DNA of 64,000 nt from Marsupella aquatica (lineage: Eukaryota; Plantae; Marchantiophyta), in assembly GCA_973895155.1 (NCBI GenBank), contig OZ316892.1, forward strand, positions 3,537,223 through 3,601,222. The letters are read 5' to 3'. The position numbers and the translations under genes were made by a program. Every line of letters starts with the position of its first letter. The stretch's first letter is position 1. The notes under the pieces are model-generated. The model saw only the letters and a list, made by a program, of their open reading frames with translations. It was not told the DNA's origin and ran no database searches. Below are positions 25,400 through 35,900 of this stretch, piece after piece.

Positions 25400-26896
25400 C
25401 CACATGAAGGTGGCCATAACGAATATATACATGCACTGAATACATTTATGGTCATGGAGCGTGACTCTGGTCATGGAACTCGTGCCACTCAGCATTTGGC
25501 CTAAACCCTGAACGCCGAGAACCAATAGTGCTATTGATGTAACCCGCCAAGTTCCCCGTGCGAGGTGGGTAACCATCAATCTGAGCATACCTAGGATCCA
25601 ACTTTAGTGACATGCCATATCGACTAAAGGTTGGGCACTGTCGGGACAAGATGCGCCATCTTGCCGCCGAATACTTGGGCCCATAGAATGGAAACAACTA
25701 AGGCAAATCATCGGGTGCACAACCGGTAGGGACCACGATATCCACAAGAGCAAATACTCCAAGTCCTACATGAGTCCCCAATGTGGAGGGGAGGATGACC
25801 CATGGGCGGTCCCAAACTATAATAGGCTCCCGAAGCGGGAGGTCCATAGGGAGTCCAAACTCGGCTGGGAAGGAGTCCTTTAAGATGTCCAAGGCTCTCC
25901 CTCGCAACTGTCTCGGTGCCCGGGACACCGATGCATCAAGAAAAGGGCATCAGGGCGGAACAATCCTAGGTGGACGGGACTCAATCGATCGGGGTCTAGT
26001 GGTCATCACTACTCCCCTTTCAATAGGGTGCATCCTAAACACTCTCCTCCTCCTCCGAAATACACGGTCTATCTCCCTCAATATGGCTGGCAAATCGGAT
26101 GGATGGACGAATGGTGCGAGTGCACGATATGCAATGTCTCTCAAGCGGTCCACAGGCGAAGATCGCACTACAACAGGAATCTGTTCCACATGTTCACCAA
26201 AACAAGTTCAGAATATGACAATCAAAAAACAATTCAAGGAAGGAGATGTTATCATAATTGCAATACCCAACAAAATTGTATTACCTCTCGGGTCGGGGGG
26301 GTGTAACGACCATGGATCCCTAAATGGCTAAGGACAGTGGTCCTCTCATGTAAGACAACACCCTTGCATCGTCTGCAAGGGCAAGGCATCTTGCGAATTG
26401 GCCCAATCCCCTGAAGAGCAGCCATGGCCTCTCCAAATCCATCAGCATGATGGGGGCTCCGGCCTCTCCTACCGTCGGAACCATGTCTGCATCGACGATG
26501 CCTGGATCGGTGATGCCTAGATCGATCATACATGTCTGGTGAGTAATCTCTCTCCCGGTCCGACAGGTCGTCCCTCCCCCTATGATGATGGTCATCTCTG
26601 CATCGGGTGTAAGTACCCCCACCATGGTCCTCATAGGATGAGTCATCCCTCCTCCTCCCTCCCTCGTCATCCCTCCTCCTCTGCCGCTCGTCATTGCTCC
26701 TATAGCCCGATGAAGCTGAACTCCCCCTATGCCGATGATGGTGTCTATGTCGGTGAGAACTACCGCCATGCTCATCGTCATCGTCACACGAGTCATCCCT
26801 TCGCCTATCCGACTCATCATACGTCCCCCTATGATGATGATGGTATCTGTGCCGATGATGCCTGCCCCCATCATGGTCCGATGCATAGGTTGCCAT
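25400..26896 (-). pseudogene. CACTA-encoded spliced gene: His/Arg/Asp-rich N-terminus + transposase-associated Zn-finger + SET-like domain (premature stops)
   Basis: Exon 26896-26285, then a phase-0 GT-AG intron 26284-26181, then exon 26180 onward in one frame with stops at 25950, 25698 and 25452. Motifs CPCRRCK...TVLSHLGIHG, STLGTHVGLGVFALVDI, FPFYG, IDG...GNLAGYINST...PNAEW. Confidence 0.7.
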
Positions 26897-27311
26897 GTCC
26901 CCTGTGATCAAATTTACAAAGGCCCCCACAACATATTAAACCCCAAGCATAAACGTATCCCGCTACGTTAACCAAACTAACGTCCATCCACACGACGTTC
27001 CCCTAAAATTAACGTCGTTTTTTAGGTTGTGGGGAGGTTGCCGAATTTAGTTTACGTAATAATGTACGACGTACTTAATAAGTTAACGTCGTTAGGTATG
27101 ACGTAATTATATGTAACGTCGTCGCTAAACCCTACACTCCTGGTTAACGTTGTGATTAATGACGTTAAATTAGGGTAACGGCGGGTCTCCAAGGTTCGTG
27201 GGCTACGGCTGTTTTCCTTTAACAAAACATCGGGAAGTGACTTGAATGTGACTCACATTCAACATTCAACACTTCCCCTCTCCCCCTCTCGACCTCCTAT
27301 CTTAACAGTGA

Positions 27312-29222
27312 ATGACTATGGCTCATCCAGGCTATCTCCCTTCCAGTGGAGATTTTGATGCAGACTTGGTGGCTATGGATGATCCAGGGGAGTTAGAAAA
27401 GGTGCGTAAAGCTATGCAATCGACACATTCGCTGATACATGCTTTCAACCAGAGTTGGAAGTTCTTGGGAGGAAAAGGAAGCAAGGAGTCTCAGTTTCTG
27501 GAGTACCTGGAAAATATAGAGGCCAATGCTCCTACCCTCGATGATTATGTGGAAACTGAGAATGCAACGCTCTTGGGGGAGGATGGGGGGCCTTCGATCG
27601 ATGCTCTGAACTCCTTCCCGTCCCTACTAGATGATGGGTGGGACGATCCTGCCTTCAATGGAATGCAGCCTGATTCTCAGGCACCTAGTGGGACCCCAAT
27701 CAAGAGTGTGGTCCGGGTAGCACATGAAAGATTCCAGCCTGATCAGGATCGGGACTCTCGCAGGCGGAGGAGGCATCGTGATAGAACACACAACAGCAAT
27801 AGCAGCCTTGATGAGAGAAGACGGAAGGGGAAAGGGAAGGAGTATAGAGATGCAGATCCACACAGTAGAGGTACATACAAAAGAAGAAGAACAGAGGGAG
27901 ATGCAAGGGCAGACAGAAGAGAGAGGTACTCACCTCAGCGTGAACGTCACTCCCACAAGAAGCGACAACCTTCTCTTGCGCGACCGGTAACTACTACTGT
28001 GAGTCGAGACAAACTCCCAACCATCACCTTGGATGCGTTTGATGCTAGGCCGGATGTTCTGGATGAGAAGGCCCTCACAAATCGAGTGCAGACGTGTTGT
28101 GCCAAGCACTATCCTGGTTGGACAACTTGGAAGGATCTCGCGCAGAACCCAAAGAAGTTTCAGCTCCTCCTGAACGATGTGCAAGCTGGGTTTAAGAACG
28201 GCCATGAAATAGACTATAGGCACATCAGACAAAAGATCGTAGGCTACCTTGCAGATCGGAGGTTTAGATGGAGAAACAAGGTTCAAAAAATGAGATGCCC
28301 AAGGACAGAGCAATACCTGAAACCAGAAGGAATGAGCGACGCCGACTTCAAGTTGATCGTGGCTGAGTTGGAAGCAGCACCTGACACCCCAGTAGGCAAG
28401 CGAGTGCACATGGGGGACAAAGCTGCTGCAGCCCGCAAATCAAATGGCCGCCTGCGTGTGACCAATTTCTGGGGCCAGGGAGGATGGCGAGGCTTCCTTG
28501 CAACCTATGTAAGTCCCCCACCCTCTTCAAAGCACAACTTGTTCATGCTTCGGCCGCTGCGGTGAGAACATTGAATTAACATCGTTTTTCTCCTTAACGT
28601 CGCAAGTTCTAAATTTAACGTCTAGACCCCCTACGTTCATCCTACCTAACGTCGTCTCTCGCGACGTTACATTCAATTAACATCTTTTCTACATCGTTAA
28701 TATTGAAGTTTCACTATATACCTTGTCTTGGACGACGTTAATTATAAAACGTCGTTAGGTACATTGTAGTTAACGACGATGGTGACGATGTTCTCCAATT
28801 TCCTGTAGAAACGCAAGTTTGGAGCTAACGCCGAGCCAAGTGAGTAGGAGCGGCTCTATTCAAAACGCTATGGCCCGACGGCCCTATGGGCTAAGCTGGA
28901 CTCAGTCCCGGAGGACCACCCAGTGGTAAGTTACATAGTCAGGTTAGGTTCCTTCTATACTAGGTTTTGCATCCACTATTTGCAGGAGGTAAACTGATCC
29001 CTTATGTCATATCCAGGAGGATTGGAGTCCTCCAGAGGGGTTAGTGGCACGACCCATTGCGGAAGATGAGGAGGCAGATCATGGAGGGGAGGAGCCTGAT
29101 ACGCAGGAGGAGGCCTTAGTAGACTGTGGGCAGGAGGGCAGTTTAGGTACACAGGGCCGGTCATCTTCTAACCTCTCCCCTCCAGTGGAGACTGATAGGG
29201 GTCATACCAGCCATAGACGACG

Positions 29223-29258
<36 letters not shown>

Positions 29259-29524
29259 AGAGAGAGGGGGGGAGGGAGAGACATAGAGAGAGGAAGAGGA
29301 GCCGTGTCGAGAGGGATACCACTAGGGGACATAGTGGCACAGTTAGAGATGTAGTCCCTAGGAGTAGAGGCAAGGGAGCTGTGGAGTTGGTGTCTGGTAG
29401 CAGTAGTTCAGACGAGGATCCACTTCGGTACGAGTTGCGGCCCCGAGGCAAACAGTCGGAGGCACCGTCACGTATTTCTGTTCGCAGGTCTGGACGTGAT
29501 AGGAGCCGCTCTCAGCGGCATTAG
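27312..29524 (+). CDS. CACTA TnpA-like (Ptta/En/Spm, Transposase_24-like) gene, spliced, partly degenerate
   Basis: 417-aa ORF with TWKDL...F...I...RRFRWR...KPEGMSDADFKLIV...AARKSN...NFWGQGGW pattern. Donor GTAAGT at 28509; in-phase exon 28809-28925 (one stop); final exon ~29017-29524, R/E/S-rich. Confidence 0.55.
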
Positions 29525-30650
29525 GGTATACCATGCATGACTAGGTGGACGTCCACCTGCATTTTGTACATTTTTGGCACAAACTTTTGACGCCACCCAT
29601 TTATAGTGGCATTCCGGACTTCATATGTCTATTTTATGTGTATTCCGTGTGTATATGAACCTAAACCTAAAGCCCACCCAACTAAGGTAGCCTGGAAGGA
29701 TGTTCCATACAAGATTAATGTTTACCACAAATGGCACTCCATTCACGTCTCTCCATTCTTGGTACTATTTTCAAACGTTCTCGTTAACACCATTTTTACC
29801 AAGCCTCACACGACTAACTACTCATACGTCCTAGACAGACTCATCATTAACAAAGTCACAAACTACGTAATCTGAAATTAACGTCATTTTAAACGATGTT
29901 ATCAGCTGATTTCCCTGTTCAATCTGCGTCCAGAATAACGTCTTTATTTACGACGTTAATATGTAACATAGTATGGACTGACGTATGTAACGTAGTTTTG
30001 GACGATGTAAACTATAACCTTTGTTACTTCGTACAAAACGTGCCGTCATTCACGTCGAGTATGTCGCCTTTCTTTAGCAGCAAGGAGACGTCGGGCTTAA
30101 CGTCTTCATGTAACACGTAAAAAGTCCTGATAATGTAGTTGTGAAGCCCATGAATCATCCAACGCACAATAGTCGACACAGAGAGATACGTGGTTCACCT
30201 CCTCATGAGGCTACATCCACGGGAACACACAAGAGCTTTACTGCACTCTAGGCCGACCGGCCATACCAAGCATCCACAGCACAAGCTCTCTCTATCTCTC
30301 AACTAGCTCCGTAAGAATGAGCCTGAGTTCCATCTCTCCAAGCAAACACTGTTTGCTTATAGAGTGTGCACAGCATGACTAACCTAACCATGTCAGCGAC
30401 TAAGGTTAGCCTTAACTATGGTACAGTCGTAACTCTAGACCTAAGATTAAATCCTAACAATCTCCCCCTTGAATCTAGTCTAGGGGAGGGTAAAGACTGC
30501 TACCAATATGATTGCTCAGCGGGAAGTTCTGGAAAGAAAAACCAAACCGGTTTTTCCCTCTTTATACGAGAGTAGACCAAAACTAAGCCATAGCCTACAC
30601 AAGGAATGAGCAAGAGCATATCTCAGTATCTACACAAATGTTAAGTAACC

Positions 30651-31244
30651 CTACTTGTGAAGCAATTGCAAAACCTGCAACGCATCACGGTGTCTAGAAA
30701 AACTCTCCAAAGGAATCACTTTGGTAAATGCGTCAGTCGAGTTGAATTTACCGTCAATCTTGACTAGCTCAAACTGATTGTCAGACACAGCCTGCCTGAT
30801 AAAATGGTACCTGACGTCGATGTGCTTCACTCTGCTGTCCATCACCTGGTTCACAGCAAGGTGGAGTGCACTCTGACTATCACAATAGAGCTTCACATTC
30901 CCCTGTGACAATCCCATCTCAGTGATAAGTCTATCCAACCAAATCGCTTCCTTTGATGCTTCCTCCCCTGCAACATACTCCGCTTCTGTAGTAGACTGGG
31001 CAATACACTTCTGTAGAGTAGATCTCCAACTTATGCATCCACCTCCTAGTGTGAACACATAACCTGTTGTTGACCTCCTCCGATCCAGATCCTGTGCATA
31101 GTCAGCATCTACATAGCCCATCAATGATCTAGCATTATCAGTGCATCAAACAATAGACCATGATCCACGGTACCCTTCAAGTACCGAATAATCCACTTCA
31201 CTGTTTCCCAGTGTACCTTCCGTAGATTCGACATGTACCTACTC
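30651..31244 (-). pseudogene. Copia B pol 3' part (end of RT and RNase H)
   Basis: RYMSN...[60 protein letters not shown]. Continues the frame broken at 39554. Confidence 0.92.
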
Positions 31245-31589
31245 TGTTAGGTATTTACTCAAGGTCTAGGATTACGACATATTAACCATAGTTAGATTAA
31301 CCGTAGTCGGAGACGTGGTTAGGTTAACTAGGATGCACACTATATGCCAAGCGGTGTTTGCTTGGATAAGTGGAACTTAGGCTCATTGTTATGGGGCCAC
31401 TTGAGAGATGAGGAGAGCTTACACTGTGGAGACTTGGTATAGCCGACGGGCTTAGAGTTCAGTAAAGCTCTCTTTGTGTTCCCATGGACGTAGCCTCAAG
31501 GAGGTGAACCACGTATCTCTTGTGTCGACTACTTGCGCGTTGGATGTGTCATGTGCTTATCGTTACGAGTGTCGTCTATGCTCAACAAT

Positions 31590-31601
31590 TGGTATCAGAG
31601 C
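31590..31601 (+). promoter_or_regulatory. Primer-binding site for initiator tRNA-Met (Copia A)
   Basis: TGGTATCAGAGC two nt after the 5' LTR CA end. Confidence 0.95.
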
Positions 31602-32982
31602 ATGCCTGGGAGGTGACGTGTGTTCGTGATAGGATTTCGTGACGGTTTTTCCAGCGTTGAGTGTCGGTGGATTTCTCGGAGTTCCGTCGCATGGAACTTG
31701 GAGTTTATGGGCTCAACGGATAGATCGGGGCAAGAGCTTTCTAACGGTGTGAAGAAATAGGTGAACGGAGCTCGTGGTGCGGAGAGATCTAAGTTTTTGT
31801 CGTTCTAGATTTTGTGAAGAAAGTCAGCAACATTCGCGTTCGACGGTTTTTTGGAGGAGGGACCAGAGTTTATTTTCTCGACAGTGTGAGCTCTACGGCG
31901 AAGGAGGCATCGCATGCTGTAGCTCTGCTTGTAGATCGAGACGAGCTATTTGTTTTGGTAGCTGATTTGTTACCAAGTGAGTACCGTGTGCGACGGGACG
32001 AGCAAAAGAAGCATTCTGATTTTCTGACCGACTATGGAGTCCTCTTTTGCCTGAGAGGGGTTTCCTGTCGTGGCAATCGACTCGGAGAGAGAAGCGTCAA
32101 GTGTTTTGACTCAACGAAGAGATTGAGGCAAGACAATTGTTTTGAGTCCGGGATTGGCTCTTTGATGCGAAAAGGAAGGCTAAGCGAAATCAATTACCTT
32201 GTTGGACTTGGTGACGGCACCAAGTGCAATTCATCAACATTCATTGTTGACAAGGTACCATTTTTTCTCTTTGAAAAACTGATTCGAAATTGGCTATGGC
32301 AATTGAGAAAAATCTGTCATCTTTACCAATTTTTGTCTCCCTCGTTCTTTCCTCGTTTTGGGTGCTTCTTATATTGATCTTCACCGCCTCGGAGTCTAGT
32401 TTCCAAATCTGAAATCAGATCTTGATTTCGTCAAAACCCGAGTGAGATATGTTGCGTTTGGTGTCAAGGGGTACATTCTGCCGTGTGTATTTTCTGCGAG
32501 CGCGACCAGATTTCGATGACGAAGGGTGGTAGGGGGTTTTGGGGGTTCGAGGACACGTGTTAGCCCCTCGATTGTTCTTGAAAAATTCCCATAGGGCCTG
32601 TACAAGGGTCATAAAATATTCCAAAAAACCAGAGAGCTATTTTTTGTCCGTCCGTCAAAGATTTCGTCCGCCGAAAGGTAACTTGTTGTTCGTCTTCGGC
32701 AAGTTGCTAGCCATCGGAGTTGGCAACGCGGTGCATAAATTGAATTGCATTTCCGACGTCGGGTACTAGTTCACATTTTGGTTATTCCCCGAGGTGGTCA
32801 AAACGGGGGAGAATTCCAAGTTTTACCCACTCGACCAAAAAGTGAATAACTTTTACATCAGAGTTCGGTTTTGATTTTTGGTTTTCAGCATTGGAAAGTT
32901 AGGCTCGTGGATTACATGGCGGTGATAACTTTTGAGTTTTTTGAGAAGTTGAGAAAAACGTCATTTTTTCTTGATTTCTCAC

Positions 32983-35900
32983 ATGAGTGACTTGGAGGAG
33001 GGTTCTGTTGAGTCACCGGAGAGAACAGAGGAGGAAGCGGAAGATCTAGCAGAATTGTGGTCACTAGTATTACGGCGAGTGACAAGAAAAAGGATGGGGA
33101 CAATCAAGCTTGGAGGTCCTAAGTTTGAGGTTATGAAATACGATGACCGCACAGACACTTGTTGTGGGAGCGACAAGTGAAGGGGGTACTCCATGCAACC
33201 GGGCTTGGGAAATTGCTGAAGGACCAGCCAAATGATGTCGACAATGATGACTGGCAGGACATGCAGGAGCAGGCTGTGAGCACCATGATGCTCTATCTTC
33301 AGCCTAATGTCATCAAGCAGTTGGCAGACCATGTCGATTGTGCATCATTGTTTGTCGCGTTGGAGCAAAAGTACCATCAAAAGGAGCTATCGAATCGGCT
33401 CTACACATCTTTGAAGCTTATGAGCTTCAAGATGAAGGAGGGAAGTGCAAAGATTCAAGACCATATCGATGGTTTCAACGACCTGGTCGTTGATTTGCAA
33501 AATCTGGGGAAGGATTTGAGTGATGAGCAGCAGGCTCTTCACTTGCTTAGCTTTTTACCCTCATTGTATCAGTCATTGTCACGAGTGTTGCTTTATCGTG
33601 ACAGGAAGACTATCACTTACAATGAAGTTGTAAGTGCTCTGTTGACTGATGACTTGCAACAGAAATTGACCATGCCCTCTGAGCCATCATCATCGTCTGG
33701 TGCTGCCTTGAATGTGAATCGTGGGAGGTCACAAAAGCGTCAAGAGCAGCGCACGCAGGGCATGGGAAGAAGTAAATCTAGGACAAGATTTGCTTCAAGG
33801 GGGAAGTCCCAGGAGAGAAAGCCAGTCTTCTGCTGGAAGTGTCACAAGATTGGTCACGTTAAGAGGGATTGTAAGGGTAAGGCAGCTGAATCTTCATCAG
33901 CCAATGTGGCTAGTGCTGATGGAGAAGTTGATTTACTCAATGATGAGTATGTTTTATGAAGTCAGGAGTGTGCCCTGTGCACATCATCTAGGAGAGAAAA
34001 TGATGTATGGATTCTTGATTGTGCTTGCACCTTTCACATTTGTTACATTCATGAGTATTTCAATTCTTATTCTATGTCAAACGGTTCAGTTTTGATGGGA
34101 AATGATCACTCCTATCGAGTTGAGGGTATTGGGTCTGTAAAGATTTAAATGTTTGATGGCATTGTGCGCACAGTGTCTGGAGTCAGGTTTGTACCTGGCA
34201 TGCGTAAGAATTTGATTTCACTCGGTGTGTTGGATACAAATGGTCATCAATGGCGAGTAATTGATGGTGAACTTCAAGTCATGTCGGGAGAGATAATGAT
34301 TTTGAAGGGGAGCAGACAGAAGAATTTGTATGTGCTGCAGGGCAATACAATATGTGGAGAGGCCAATGTAACCAAGTCTCACGAGGAAATGACTCAACTG
34401 TGGCATTCACGGCTAGGCCACATGAGTGAGAAGGGATTGGCTATCTTGCGGAAGAATGGGCTCATTTCTGATTTGCAGTCTTGTAAATTGGATTTCTGTG
34501 AGCATTGCATTTTTGGAAAGCAGCATCGTTGTGCTTTCGGTGTTGGAACTCATCGTTCCAAAGCGGTTCTTGAGTACATACATAGTGACGTGTGGGGTCC
34601 ATCCCCGACTCCCTCACACTCTGGAAAATTGTACTATGTATCATTTATTGACGATTACTCAAGATTTGTATGGATTATTTCATGACGCATAAGTCTGATG
34701 TCTTGTCCATTTTTACGAAGTGGAAGGCCCAAGTGGAGAATCAGATAGGAAACACGGTTAAGTGTTTGGATACAAGGGTGAAGAGTCTGAGGTCAGACAA
34801 CGGTGGGGAGTATACTTCAATAGAATTTGAAGAGTACTATGCAGAATAGGGGATAACTCGCCATCTCACCACAGTTTATACTCCGCAACAGAATGGTGTC
34901 GCTGAGAGGCTCAATCGAACACTGTTGGAGCGGTCACGGAGTACGTTGAGCCAATCAAGTTTACCACATAAATTTTGGGCAGAAGCTGTCAATACTGCAG
35001 CTTATTTGGTAAATCTTTCTCCTTCTAGTGCAATCAATTTCAAAACGCCGTTTGAAATGCGTTATAAGCGGCAAGCAGACTATCATGGCTTGGTAGTTTT
35101 TGGAATTGATGCATATGCTCTTACACCGAAGCAGAATAGGACCAAGTTGGATCCTACGTGCAAGAAATGTATTTTTCTTGGGTATCAGAGTGGTGTGAAG
35201 GCCTACAGGCTATGGGATCCTATTGCTTGTAAGCTCGTTGTTAGTAGGGATGTTTCCTTCAATGAATCCAGATTATTGAAGGAGGGGGAGAATACTCAGA
35301 TCTCCCGTACTGACAAAGGAAAATCTCCTATCCCAGATCTCGTTGAGGGGGAGATTGATCATGAGGTACATGATCGACGAGAAGGAGGTGCTCCAAGCAT
35401 GGAGCTCGTTCCTGTGCCAGGGGAACAAGAGGAGTTTGTTGATGCTGATGAGCAGCAAGTGGATGCTGCTGAGCTTCAAATTGTACCAGTAGATGCAATT
35501 CAACCGGAGTCATCGACTAGAAGAACATCTGGTCGCACTGTACGCGCTCCTCCTAGGTATGAACAGTGGGTTGATTCATCTCAATTGCAAGAGGACGATT
35601 TTGCAGCTGATGATGAGGGTGATGCGTTGGTTTTGGAAGAAGGGGAACCTTCTTCATTTCATGAGGCAAGTGCTTCAAAGGAGAAGCAGGAGTGGACTGT
35701 AGCAATGCAAACGGAGATGCAATCACTGAAGGACAACAAAACTTGGGAGCTTGTTAAGCTGCCTAAGGGTCAGCAAGTGGTGGACAGCAAGTGGATTTAC
35801 AAGCTGAAGGATAATTCCACAGGAAATGGATCGAAGGTCTACAAGGCTAGGTTGGTAGCAAAGGGATTCACACAAGAGAAAGGTGTGGATTACAATGAGG

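Larger units (their letters stand above)
23826..30143. mobile_element. CACTA/EnSpm-superfamily element with variant CACAA termini, 6.3 kb, no recognisable catalytic TnpD core
   Basis: TIR CACAACTAGATT / AATGTAGTTGTG (1 mismatch) and 3-bp TSD AAG (23823-23825, 30144-30146). Removing it restores the Copia LTR exactly. Contains subterminal ACGTC repeats and CACTA-type protein domains. Confidence 0.85.

Noticed and set aside
26320-26971. Overlapping Met/Ile-rich ORFs on both strands
   Set aside because: Alternative frames of the low-complexity His/Asp-rich exon.
31814-32377. 187-aa ORF in the Copia A leader
   Set aside because: Non-ATG start, no motif, and no counterpart visible in what remains of the Copia B leader.
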